Assembly (NCBI GenBank): GCA_021792255.1
Contig: JAJYUZ010000002.1
Coordinates: 107,911-171,910, forward strand
DNA from: Thermoplasmata archaeon
Lineage (GTDB): Archaea > Thermoplasmatota > Thermoplasmata > Thermoplasmatales > GCA-001856825
Direction: 5' to 3'
Length of the DNA stretch: 64,000 bases
Shown here: positions 49,109 through 58,609 of the stretch, in pieces
Layout: each line of letters opens with the position of its first letter
Position numbering within the stretch: position 1 is the first letter of the stretch
The notes under the pieces: model-generated
Told to the model about the DNA's origin: nothing
The model's database searches: none
Seen by the model: only the letters and a program-made list of their open reading frames with translations
Program-made: the position numbers and the translations under genes

Positions 49109-50344
49109 CTATCTTAATTTTTCCAGAATCTCTTTTGCATTCTTCAGCTCAATCTCCTTCTGTTCGCCAGTAGTCATGTTCTTTAGGGAAATTGATTCCT
49201 GCTTCGCTTCGCTCTCTCCTAAAATAACAACGTATTCGTACCCCATCTTGGAGGCATAGTCAAGTTGTTTGCTGATCCCCCTGTCCATCACGTTCAGGTC
49301 CACCCCCAGACCTAGTTCTCTGAGTGTGGATGCTACTCTAATAGCATATTTTCTTCCAGCCGAATCAATGGGAGCCAAAAATATCCCTCCCTCTTTTTTC
49401 TGAACCCAGAGTCCCTTTGCCTTCAGTATGTTTTCGAGAACAGCGTCGCCCATTGCGAATCCCGTTGCAGGAGTACTTTCTCCACCCAGTTGAGCAACCA
49501 CATTGTCATAACGTCCTCCTCCCAATATTGATCTGAATTTCTCCTCCAAGTCAGATGCTTCCATCACGAATCCAGTATAGTACGCAATCCCTCTTACTAT
49601 CTTGAGATCTATTTCTACCTTGATGGCTTCTGACGATCTTACATAGTCGCGAATCTCGTTCAGTTTCTGAAGTTCTGGGTCTTCCATTGTTTCCAAAATC
49701 CTTCCAGTGGAAAAGGAAGTAATTATCTCTTTATCAATGCCTTTCTCTTCGATATAGGACCCTACCTCTTCCTCGCCGAGTTTGTTCCATCTGTCTAACA
49801 GATAATAAACCTCCTCTTTCTTACCAGGTAAGTAGCTTTGGATGAGTCTGTCTATAAGAATCCTTGAGTTTATCTTCAACTTAGTCGCATTTCCAATTCC
49901 TAGATTCTTCAATATGTGACCAGCCAGCGAAGATATTTCTGCGTCTGCGAGGTAACTTTCGCTTCCAAGGATATCAGCATTAAGCTGAAAGAACTCTCTG
50001 GTTCTACCAGACTGTGGTTCTTCATATCTCCAGAATTTCTCTACACTGAACCACTTGAGCGGCTTTACCAGATCCTTTCTTGCGGATACCATTCTCGACA
50101 AAGTGGGAGTAAACTCTGGAATTAGGGAGACTTCCCTGCCGCCCTTGTCCTTGAATGAGAACATCTGGTTCATGATTTCCATCCCGGACTTATTCGCAAA
50201 AAGTTCAACATTTTCCACGGAGGGGCCATCTATCTCTTTGAAGCCAAATTGCCTGCAAGAATCCTTCATTTTTCTGAATATCTCGCTCCTGATTTCTTGT
50301 TCTTCTGGATAGAAATCCCTGAAGCCTCTGAGTCTTTCTACCAT
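49109..50344 (-). CDS. hisS: Histidyl-tRNA synthetase
   Basis: RGFRDF.P, WRYEEPQSGRTREF.Q.N.D, RGIAYYTG and GGGRYD. Confidence 0.97.
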   Translation of the reverse strand: MVERLRGFRDFYPEEQEIRSEIFRKMKDSCRQFGFKEIDGPSVENVELFANKSGMEIMNQMFSFKDKGGREVSLIPEFTPTLSRMVSARKDLVKPLKWFSVEKFWRYEEPQSGRTREFFQLNADILGSESYLADAEISSLAGHILKNLGIGNATKLKINSRILIDRLIQSYLPGKKEEVYYLLDRWNKLGEEEVGSYIEEKGIDKEIITSFSTGRILETMEDPELQKLNEIRDYVRSSEAIKVEIDLKIVRGIAYYTGFVMEASDLEEKFRSILGGGRYDNVVAQLGGESTPATGFAMGDAVLENILKAKGLWVQKKEGGIFLAPIDSAGRKYAIRVASTLRELGLGVDLNVMDRGISKQLDYASKMGYEYVVILGESEAKQESISLKNMTTGEQKEIELKNAKEILEKLR

Positions 50345-50461
50345 TTCTACACTCTCTCGTTCTACATTAGCCAGAACTATGTTAAAATTTGGTTTGGTTT
50401 GACCTGGTTTGGAGCATCCGACTAATCATAAATAAGAGGATGGAATAAGGACTGGAGACTT

Positions 50462-51655
50462 ATGAAAATTTCCGTTGAAAACAATAGTTTAGTGGTTCCT
50501 AATGTCTTAGACATCCCATACATAGAGGGCGATGGAATCGGGCCCGACATTTCAAAGGCAACGAAGAAAGTTGTCGACGAGGCAATCAAGATCTCCTACG
50601 GAAACGAGAGGAAAATCAACTGGACAGAATTGGTAGCAGGGGAGAAAGCGATCTCGAAGTTCGGTACCCCGTTACCGGAAGACACAGTCAAGAAGATCAC
50701 TGAACACAGGATAGCACTGAAGGGGCCACTGACCACTCCTATAGGCGGCGGATTCAGGAGCGTCAACGTGACTCTCAGGCAAATAATGGACCTTTACGCC
50801 AACGTCAGACCGGTGAAGTACTATCCGGGTCTCCCAAGTCCCCTTAAGAATCCTGAAAAAGTGGACATGGTAGTCTTCAGGGAGAATACGGAGGATGTTT
50901 ACATGGGAATTGAGTTTCCTGCCGACAGCAAAGAAGCAGTGCAGGTAATTGACTTAATGAGCAAGCTTGGTTATTCTATAAGGAGTGGCTCAGGCATTGG
51001 AATAAAGCCGATAAGCAAGTTTGGAAGTATGAGAATTTCGAAAATGGCTATAGATTATGCATTCGCCAACAAGAGGAAGAACATCACGATAATGCACAAA
51101 GGGAACATCATGAAGTACACGGAAGGTGCGTTTAAGGAGTGGGCATATGAGACAGCAAAGGAGTACGGAGATAGGATAGTCAACGAAACGGAGGTAGCCG
51201 GGAAGAAAATGGACGGTAAGCTAGTCTTAAAGGACAGGATAGCCGACAACATGTTCCAGCAAATTCTGCTGAGACCGGATGAGTACGACGTAATTCTCTG
51301 CCCAAATCTAAACGGAGACTACATTTCTGACGCACTTGCAGCCCAAATCGGAGGAATCGGAGTCGCTCCTTCCGGGAATATCGGAGACAACTATGCTATC
51401 TTCGAAGCGGTTCATGGCTCTGCACCCAAGTATGCGAATCTCGATGTCGCTGATCCGTCGTCCCTAACGTTGTCAGCGGTCATGATGCTAAGGTACATAA
51501 AATGGAACGAGTCAGCAGACATCATAGAGAAAGCATTTGTGGACACTCTTAGAGACAAACAGGTACCTCAGGATCTTGCACGACATCTCGGAGTGAAAGC
51601 TCTTACGACTTCAGAATTCGCGAATAGCATCGTACAGCATATGGCCGCAAAGTGA
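50462..51655 (+). CDS. icd: Isocitrate dehydrogenase (NADP)
   Basis: IEGDGIGPDI, KGPLTTP.GGG.RS.NV, HKGNIMKYTEGAF, NLNGDYISD and HGSAPKYA. Confidence 0.97.
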   Translation: MKISVENNSLVVPNVLDIPYIEGDGIGPDISKATKKVVDEAIKISYGNERKINWTELVAGEKAISKFGTPLPEDTVKKITEHRIALKGPLTTPIGGGFRSVNVTLRQIMDLYANVRPVKYYPGLPSPLKNPEKVDMVVFRENTEDVYMGIEFPADSKEAVQVIDLMSKLGYSIRSGSGIGIKPISKFGSMRISKMAIDYAFANKRKNITIMHKGNIMKYTEGAFKEWAYETAKEYGDRIVNETEVAGKKMDGKLVLKDRIADNMFQQILLRPDEYDVILCPNLNGDYISDALAAQIGGIGVAPSGNIGDNYAIFEAVHGSAPKYANLDVADPSSLTLSAVMMLRYIKWNESADIIEKAFVDTLRDKQVPQDLARHLGVKALTTSEFANSIVQHMAAK

Positions 51656-51684
51656 GTATTATGGCAAGAAGCTACAATTAACTA

Positions 51685-51705
51685 TTTATATACACTATAT
51701 ATAAA
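51685..51705. promoter_or_regulatory. TATA box of tbp plus an inverted TATA copy
   Basis: TTTATATA (51685-51692), CACTA, TATATAAA (51698-51705); ATG at 51717. Confidence 0.55.
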
Positions 51706-51716
51706 CTTCGAAAAAT

Positions 51717-52274
51717 ATGGCTGAAGAAGAAAACATAGCGATTGAGAATATTGTTGCTTCGACATCACTCGCAGATAAGCTCGATTTAAGCAAAATAGCA
51801 CTTGCTCTGGAAGGTTCAGAATACGAGCCTGAACAATTTCCCGGTTTAATTTATAGACTTGCCGAACCAAAAACGGCTGTTTTGATTTTCAGGTCAGGAA
51901 AGGTAAACTGTACTGGGGCTAAGACCATAGACTCAGTCAACAAGACCATAAGTACAATAGTAGACAAACTCAAGAAAACTGGAATAGCGGTAAACAGCAA
52001 CCCCGATATAGTAGTGCAGAACATAGTGGCAGTATACGATCTTAACATGCAGCTCAATCTTACCAACATTGCTATGTCCCTTGGATTAGAAAACGTGGAA
52101 TACGAACCAGAGCAATTTCCAGGTCTGGTTTATAGGATAGAAGAACCAAAGGTAGTTCTCTTGTTGTTCGGTTCCGGGAAAGTTGTTTGCACGGGTGCTA
52201 AGGAAAAAGGAGAAATCTCACAGGCAGTCAAGATTCTCAAGAAGGACTTAGAGAAGATTACAGCCGTTAAATGA
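51717..52274 (+). CDS. tbp: TATA-box-binding protein
   Basis: Two repeats of NIVA...YEPEQFPGL.YR..EPK...L.F.SGKV..TGAK. Confidence 0.98.
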   Translation: MAEEENIAIENIVASTSLADKLDLSKIALALEGSEYEPEQFPGLIYRLAEPKTAVLIFRSGKVNCTGAKTIDSVNKTISTIVDKLKKTGIAVNSNPDIVVQNIVAVYDLNMQLNLTNIAMSLGLENVEYEPEQFPGLVYRIEEPKVVLLLFGSGKVVCTGAKEKGEISQAVKILKKDLEKITAVK

Positions 52275-52519
52275 CCGTAAGGGAAAAAACGGGAAGAAAG
52301 AGATACGTTCATTTCACTAATCCGCCACCGGAGAAGTTGCGAAGAATAGTGCAACTTTTAGAGGATTCTAGGGTCGTCAACTATTACGGGGTTACGGCGC
52401 TAAGGATAAGGCACGCACAATTAACGCGACTTAAAGAAGTGGCGGTAGAACTCGGAATGAACATTGACATGATTTCTGGAACTTTGAAGGCGCTGAAAAG
52501 AAAAGTATCAGAGATCTAG
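52271..52519 (+). CDS. Rpp14/Pop5-like protein (putative RNase P protein subunit, shortened)
   Basis: RKRYVHF at the N-terminus and ISGTLKALKRK at the C-terminus match Pop5 signatures; ATGA overlap with tbp. Confidence 0.6.
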   Translation: MTVREKTGRKRYVHFTNPPPEKLRRIVQLLEDSRVVNYYGVTALRIRHAQLTRLKEVAVELGMNIDMISGTLKALKRKVSEI

Positions 52520-53734
52520 TGAAAGTACCTCTTCCACATCCATACCTGTCTCATCTTGAATCATCTTTCTCAGTTCTTCATCCCTCTGAAGAAGATAGTA
52601 AAGATAGGGCAAAGAATCCCTGTTGAGGAATGACGATGACTTGTGGATATATCTTCCCATCATCATTGAAAATTCTTTCCTAATCCCCCTGTACTTCTTC
52701 AGGGAACCCATGTTCTTGATCAACGAAGGAAAAGAGAACTTCTCGAATCTTTCGCTCCTCAGTTGCAGTATCGAAACATAGGACATGAAGTCGTTTGCAT
52801 AGGACCATAGGGAATAATTCATCCTCTTGCCGACCCTTCCCAGGAAAAGGTCAGCTCTCCAAATATTTCTGAGAGCAAGAACGTAATCATCCACCCTCGA
52901 GTGTAATGGATACACATTCTCGAGCAGGTACAGAATGAAATCATTGGGATCCATGCCAATATTCATGATTTCTGATCTGATTTCCCGTACTCCTCGGTCA
53001 TGACCGTGTAGTATGTCGTTTATGACAGTATATGCGCTAAGGGTAAGGTCCCTCCCTCCGGTTCCGCTGACTTCTCCAATTCCCTGAAGGTCATTGACCG
53101 CAGCCCTCATGTCTCCATTGGCGTTCTCCGCTATCTCGCTCAGTCTATCGGGAGGAGCATAAATGCTCTCATTCTGGAGTATCTCTTTTAGAACGCTAAG
53201 TATTTGGGATTTCATATATCTCCTAAACTCGATCGATTCGCATTTATCCACTATAGACTTTCCGGTACTAGTAGAACGGAGCGCGTAGAAATCATTTGCA
53301 ATCAAAATGACTGGATTCAAGGTTTTTTCCAGAAGGTTGGAGATTGCCCCTTTTCCTCCAGAATCAGATCCCTCTACATTCTTTTCATACAGGGAATCGA
53401 CCTCATCCATAACAATTAATTTCTTTCTATTTTTTTCGTTGGATATCGAAGAGTAAAAGGAACCTTTGATCGCATTCTGTTCGATGGCATCTCTCGATCT
53501 AATGTCTGATGCGTTGAACTCTACATACTCCCAGTCCATCTCTTTTGCTAGAGCAAGGGCCGAAGAAGTCTTCCCGGTCCCAGGAGCTCCATAAATAATT
53601 AGTCCCTTTTTTGAAGGCGTCCCACTTTCCCATTTCTTAGCCCAAGAAATCATTGTCTCAACTGCTTTCTCTCTCCTCAGTTGACTAAGCAGCGCAGGCC
53701 TGTATTTCTCAGCCCATGGGATTTCCACAGTCAT
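52508..53734 (-). CDS. rfcL: Replication factor C large subunit
   Basis: WAEKYRP, GAPGTGKTS, EFNASD.R, DEVD and GDMRAAVNDLQ. Confidence 0.95.
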   Translation of the reverse strand: MTVEIPWAEKYRPALLSQLRREKAVETMISWAKKWESGTPSKKGLIIYGAPGTGKTSSALALAKEMDWEYVEFNASDIRSRDAIEQNAIKGSFYSSISNEKNRKKLIVMDEVDSLYEKNVEGSDSGGKGAISNLLEKTLNPVILIANDFYALRSTSTGKSIVDKCESIEFRRYMKSQILSVLKEILQNESIYAPPDRLSEIAENANGDMRAAVNDLQGIGEVSGTGGRDLTLSAYTVINDILHGHDRGVREIRSEIMNIGMDPNDFILYLLENVYPLHSRVDDYVLALRNIWRADLFLGRVGKRMNYSLWSYANDFMSYVSILQLRSERFEKFSFPSLIKNMGSLKKYRGIRKEFSMMMGRYIHKSSSFLNRDSLPYLYYLLQRDEELRKMIQDETGMDVEEVLSLDL

Positions 53735-53808
53735 AGATTGTTCTGTGGTTAAAACCTTTGTCTCCGGCCTAGACAAAGATTAAATTAATCCTTTGTGGTT
53801 GTGGTCTC

Positions 53809-54840
53809 ATGAAGATAAATATTAATGGCAAGATCAGCAACGTTAAGGCCGTATGGTACGAAGAACCAGTTATAAAGATGATAGATCAAAAGATCTTGCC
53901 TGAGACATTCAAGATTGTCGATATAAATGACACGAAGGAGCTTTTTGACGCCATCAGGAATATGACAGTTCGAGGAGCACCCTCGATAGGAGCTGCAGCT
54001 GCTTTCGGGGTTGCGCAGGCAGCTGCTCTTGGAGCTGACATAGAAGAGGCCGGCAAGTTCATAAAATCTGCTAGACCTACTGCAAACGATCTATTTTTTG
54101 CAGTGGACTTTGTGCTGCAACATAAGGGTGATGCAAAGAAGTACGCTGCAATGTACGTCGACTCAATCGTCGAAAGATCTCGTCTAATAGGCCTGAACGG
54201 AAATGAGCTTATTGGTAACAACAAGAAAATACTGACACACTGCAATGCAGGGGCTCTCGCTTCTGTCGATTATGGTACGGCCCTATCTCCCATTAGGATG
54301 GCCAAGGAGAGTGGTAAGAAGCCCTTCGTGTGGGTAGATGAAACTAGGCCTAGGTTGCAGGGAGCAAGATTGACTGCCTGGGAGCTTGTCCAAGAGGGAA
54401 TAGAACACAAAGTCATAGCCGATAATGCGGCTGGTTTTCTGATGGAAAGACAGCAAGTGGATCTCGCGATTGTTGGAGCAGATAGAATCACCAAGAATGG
54501 AGACTTTGCTAATAAGATAGGGACTTACGAAAAAGCCGTCCTTGCAAAAGAAAATGCAGTTAATTTTTATGTAGCCGCACCCCTAAGTACCTTCGATTTC
54601 ACCATTGAAAATGGTCGCGGAATCCCAATAGAGATCAGATCAGAAGAAGAGGTCAAGGAAGTAAAGGGAGTGGCCATTTCTCCTAAGGAATCTATGGCTT
54701 ACAATCCTGCATTCGACGTGACCCCAAACAGATTTGTGACGGGATATATCACCGAGTATGGTGTCTTCAAGAGTTCAGAACTTCACACACTCAAGGACAA
54801 GGGAAAAGAATCAATTATAGAACAGATTGAGGACATGTAA
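53809..54840 (+). CDS. mtnA: Methylthioribose-1-phosphate isomerase
   Basis: M.VRGAP.IG, RPTA.DL, LTHCNAG.LA..DYGTAL, DETRP.LQGARLTAWEL and NKIGTY. Confidence 0.93.
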   Translation: MKININGKISNVKAVWYEEPVIKMIDQKILPETFKIVDINDTKELFDAIRNMTVRGAPSIGAAAAFGVAQAAALGADIEEAGKFIKSARPTANDLFFAVDFVLQHKGDAKKYAAMYVDSIVERSRLIGLNGNELIGNNKKILTHCNAGALASVDYGTALSPIRMAKESGKKPFVWVDETRPRLQGARLTAWELVQEGIEHKVIADNAAGFLMERQQVDLAIVGADRITKNGDFANKIGTYEKAVLAKENAVNFYVAAPLSTFDFTIENGRGIPIEIRSEEEVKEVKGVAISPKESMAYNPAFDVTPNRFVTGYITEYGVFKSSELHTLKDKGKESIIEQIEDM

Positions 54841-54880
54841 GACGAAATACTTTTAATGGGGTAATAATCATTGATATATA

Positions 54881-56833
54881 GTGACGAAACCAAATATCCT
54901 CTGGGAATCTAAAGAATTTTGTGAAAAGTCGAACATAACAAAGTACAAAGATTGGATCACTACCGAGTACGGAAAGAAATTCAGTAATTATGAGGAACTG
55001 AGAAAATGGTCAGTTCAGGACGTCTCGGCTTTCTGGGAATCGATACTTAGATATTTTGGGATCAAGACAGAAGGAGAGTACTCGAGAGCACTCAACTCTG
55101 AAAAGATGCCGGACAACATTTGGTTTCAGGGGCTCAAGCTGAATTATGCCGAGAATAACCTGTCCCTGGGAAAGCAAGAAGAGCTCGTTCTGTTTTTCAA
55201 CGAATCAGGGGAAAAGAAAAGTGTGTCTAAAAAGGAATTCCTTGAGAGAGCAGGTGCGGTTCAGAAATTCTTGTCAGATACTGGAGTGAAAGAAGGGGAC
55301 AGAGTCGCGTCATTTCTTCCAAACGTTCCCGAAGCAATGGAGGCTCTCTATGCTACAGCAGCCATTGGTGCAGTCTGGTCGAGTTCATCTCCCGATTTTG
55401 GGTCGGAGGCTATTCTGGAAAGGTTTAGACAAATATCTCCAAAAGTGCTGTTTGCAACGGACAGCTACACTTACAACGGAAAGCGATATGATAAGAACGA
55501 AGTGATCAAAAAGGTAATGGACAAAATTCCAAGTATCAAGAAAGTTGTGGTGCTCGGAGACGGAAGCTCAAAAGCTGGTGCCAAATCAATCTCAATGAAT
55601 TCTATAGTCACGGAAAAGAGAAATCTTTCTTTCAATAGGGTACCGTTTAATCATCCACTCTGGATACTGTATTCTTCTGGAACCACCGGTCCTCCCAAGG
55701 CGATAGTTCACAGTCAGGGCGGGATACTCCTGGAACACCTGAAGTTGCTTGGTCTGCACTACAACTTGAACAAAGGAGACAAGTTCTTTTGGTACACGAC
55801 AACCGGATGGATGATGTGGAACGTTCTGGTGAGCTCAATATCGACGGGAGCCACCGCTGTTCTTTACGACGGGAGTTCAACGTTCCCAAGCGATTATAGT
55901 CTGTGGGACATTGCTCAAGAAAACAATATTTCCTTTTTTGGGACGAGCGCGGCTTATCTTTCTCATTTAATGAAAGAGAAGATAAGATTGGTCGACAAAT
56001 ATCCGCTTAAGAATCTCTTTGCCATTGGATCAACGGGTTCGCCACTTTCAGACGAAGCGTTCAGATACGTTTATAACAGCCTGAAGAGAGACGTTTGGTT
56101 AGCCTCCATAAGTGGTGGGACGGATCTGTGTACTGCGTTCCTCGGTGGTTGCGCCTGTCTTCCTGTCACTGAAGGAGAACTGCAGTGCATAGACCTTGGA
56201 GCCGACATTCAATCGTTCGATGATGACGGAAGACCAGTGATCGATCAGGTAGGCGAACTCGTAATAAGGAAACCAATGCCCTCAATGCCGATATACCTGT
56301 ACAATGATAATGGGGAGAAACTAATAGAGACATATTTTTCACGGTATCCAGGAATTTGGAGGCACGGGGACTGGCTCACCTTGACTTCGAGAGGGTCTGC
56401 CGTCATTCAGGGCCGCTCAGACTCGACGCTCAAGAGGAGAGGAATAAGAATCGGAACGGCAGAAATATACGGAGTTCTGGATGGTATTGACGAGGTAAGA
56501 GACAGCATAATCGTTGGCCTCGAGCTAGAAGGAAGCGAGTACTACATGCCCCTTTTTGTGGTGACCGATGAGGCAGAAGACTTTGACAGGGTAAAGAAGA
56601 AGATTGTAGAGGAAATAAAAAGTAAGTTATCGCCCCGTCACATACCAGATGACATCATAAGAGTGACTCAAGTGCCTCGAACAATAAACGGTAAAAAGAT
56701 GGAGGTCCCGTTGAAAAAACTGCTACTGGGCCTCCAAAATGAGAAGACCATAAACATCGACTCAATGGCGAATCCCGGATCACTTGAGGAATTTCAAGAA
56801 ATCGCGAAGAATATCAAAAGGAAAGTGAAGTGA
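54881..56833 (+). CDS. Acetoacetate-CoA ligase
   Basis: WSSSSPDFG, ILYSSGTTGPPKAIVH, YTTTGWMMWN, SISGGTDLC, WRHGD and GRSDSTL. Confidence 0.9.
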   Translation: MTKPNILWESKEFCEKSNITKYKDWITTEYGKKFSNYEELRKWSVQDVSAFWESILRYFGIKTEGEYSRALNSEKMPDNIWFQGLKLNYAENNLSLGKQEELVLFFNESGEKKSVSKKEFLERAGAVQKFLSDTGVKEGDRVASFLPNVPEAMEALYATAAIGAVWSSSSPDFGSEAILERFRQISPKVLFATDSYTYNGKRYDKNEVIKKVMDKIPSIKKVVVLGDGSSKAGAKSISMNSIVTEKRNLSFNRVPFNHPLWILYSSGTTGPPKAIVHSQGGILLEHLKLLGLHYNLNKGDKFFWYTTTGWMMWNVLVSSISTGATAVLYDGSSTFPSDYSLWDIAQENNISFFGTSAAYLSHLMKEKIRLVDKYPLKNLFAIGSTGSPLSDEAFRYVYNSLKRDVWLASISGGTDLCTAFLGGCACLPVTEGELQCIDLGADIQSFDDDGRPVIDQVGELVIRKPMPSMPIYLYNDNGEKLIETYFSRYPGIWRHGDWLTLTSRGSAVIQGRSDSTLKRRGIRIGTAEIYGVLDGIDEVRDSIIVGLELEGSEYYMPLFVVTDEAEDFDRVKKKIVEEIKSKLSPRHIPDDIIRVTQVPRTINGKKMEVPLKKLLLGLQNEKTINIDSMANPGSLEEFQEIAKNIKRKVK

Positions 56834-56881
56834 GAATTCCACCAGAGTTTATGTCATCTATTCGGGGAGAAGATGGAGGTT

Positions 56882-58030
56882 TCAGGAGTGTATCTTTTCC
56901 CACATGTGTTTTGCGAGTTTTCCATCGTAAAGGAATTTTGAGAACTCGTCTTTGCTTTTTTCCCTTCTCTCTCTGTGTTCCTCGAGCAGTTTATTGACCT
57001 TTCTGGCGAGAGTGGCTTTGACCTCCCCCGTCAACATATTCCCCTTGGAGTAATCTCTCGTTATTCTCTCCATCTCGTCATCATTGTCCTCAAAGATGTA
57101 GTACAACCACTGGTACGGGACATCCACCTTCAGGTCTGCTCCAAGCTTCCTCTGTAATTCAGTCGTAGCCTGCCCTCCAGAGAAGGCGTATTTCATTATT
57201 TTCTTCTCGACCGTTTTCGGAGGATCGGAAAGATAAACTGCAGATTCTGGTATGGACGAACTCATCTTTCCATCCGAACTGGCAAGAGGTGGGAGAAATT
57301 TGCTGTGTATCTCCGCGGCCTTTCGATATCCTAGTGACTCCGCAAGATCTCTCTGAAGTCTCCAGTATGGATCCTGGTCTATTGCCGCAGGAATCAAGCA
57401 GCGCTTATTCTCAAACATCGTAGGAACGATTTGGATTGCCGGGTAAAAGAGTATTCCAATGTTCGACGATACATCAAGTCCGAAAGTGGATTTCACCTGT
57501 GAAAAGTTGAGTTTCTTTGCAATCGCAGTGACTAGGGGATACATGTTCCTGATGTACTCTGTGTCCTTGAAAATAAATGTCTTATCGGGGTTGAATCCCA
57601 CTGCGATGATATCGAGTATGTTTTGGTATGCCCATTCCGATGTTTGTTTGAGAGTATAATCCTGATTTCTCATGAACTTCTCATCGTCTGTGATTTCAAT
57701 ATAGACGTTGACGTTGAAGATATCCTGCAACCACTTTGTGAAAAGAAACGGGACGAGGTGTCCGATATGCATCCCCATCGATGGAGCCCTACCCGTGTAC
57801 AAGAAGAATCCTTTTCCTTCCCTGTAATCCTTGAGAATCAGGTCGAGATCTCTGTGAGAGAAGAAGATATTTCTCCTGAGCATAACGTGCATCTTCTGAC
57901 GTGAAATATCAGAAATTTCCTCCAAGATTTCTCTAGATATCTTCTGGGTGCCGAACTGCTGCATGAGTTTCTCGTAGTCAACTTTTCCAGAAACCTCCCA
58001 GGGTGTGACCTTAAATTCGTCTTCTTGCAC
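56882..58030 (-). CDS. trpS: Tryptophanyl-tRNA synthetase
   Basis: VTPWEV, YTGR.PS..MHIGH, IDQDPY.R and KMSSS. Confidence 0.97.
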   Translation of the reverse strand: MQEDEFKVTPWEVSGKVDYEKLMQQFGTQKISREILEEISDISRQKMHVMLRRNIFFSHRDLDLILKDYREGKGFFLYTGRAPSMGMHIGHLVPFLFTKWLQDIFNVNVYIEITDDEKFMRNQDYTLKQTSEWAYQNILDIIAVGFNPDKTFIFKDTEYIRNMYPLVTAIAKKLNFSQVKSTFGLDVSSNIGILFYPAIQIVPTMFENKRCLIPAAIDQDPYWRLQRDLAESLGYRKAAEIHSKFLPPLASSDGKMSSSIPESAVYLSDPPKTVEKKIMKYAFSGGQATTELQRKLGADLKVDVPYQWLYYIFEDNDDEMERITRDYSKGNMLTGEVKATLARKVNKLLEEHRERREKSKDEFSKFLYDGKLAKHMWEKIHS

Positions 58031-58143
58031 ACCGAGTAATGCACATACCTAATAAAATCATTATTGACCTATTTCCGAAATCAAGTGCCCATGTCTCGAC
58101 TTAATTCCAGAAAATACTTCTACGGAAATGTCCATGCATAGTT

Positions 58144-58608
58144 ATGATATTTGCCGTTAAAATAAGGGGAATAGAACAAGGGCAAGAGATACCGGTCGAA
58201 TTCACGTGTGACGGGAAGAATGGCTCTCCCGAGATCCTCTTAGAGGGGATTCCATCGGGAACCAAATCGCTCGCTCTAATTGTCGAAGATCCGGACGCCC
58301 CGGTAGGTCTGTTCGTTCATTGGGTAATCTACGGCATAAACCCTGAAGTGTCAAAAATAGAAGGGAATATTGAAAAGTCCTCTCGGACTAGAGAAGGATT
58401 CCTTCAAGGCAAGAACGATTTCGGTAAGATCGGGTACGATGGGCCATGTCCTCCTAGGGGGCACGGGTTTCACAGATATTACTTTAAGGTTTACGCTTTA
58501 AATTCCTCACCTGTCATATATGAACTGCCTGACCGAAAGAAACTTTTGGGAGCAATGGCTGGAAAAATATTAGGACAGGCAGAATCCATGGGTAGGTATA
58601 AACGGTAG
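58144..58608 (+). CDS. YbhB/YbcL (PEBP/Raf kinase inhibitor-like) protein
   Basis: DPDAP...FVHWV and G.NDFG..GYDGPCPP..HG.HRYYF.VYAL. Confidence 0.93.
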   Translation: MIFAVKIRGIEQGQEIPVEFTCDGKNGSPEILLEGIPSGTKSLALIVEDPDAPVGLFVHWVIYGINPEVSKIEGNIEKSSRTREGFLQGKNDFGKIGYDGPCPPRGHGFHRYYFKVYALNSSPVIYELPDRKKLLGAMAGKILGQAESMGRYKR

Positions 58609-58609
58609 C

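Noticed and set aside
49701-49715. ORB-like TTCCAGTGGAAA
   Set aside because: Single copy inside hisS coding sequence with no G-string or AT-rich unwinding element; similar words occur in other CDSs.
50388-50412. Short TTTGG/GGTTT repeats between hisS and icd
   Set aside because: Only 3-4 imperfect 5-mers; low complexity with no supporting context.
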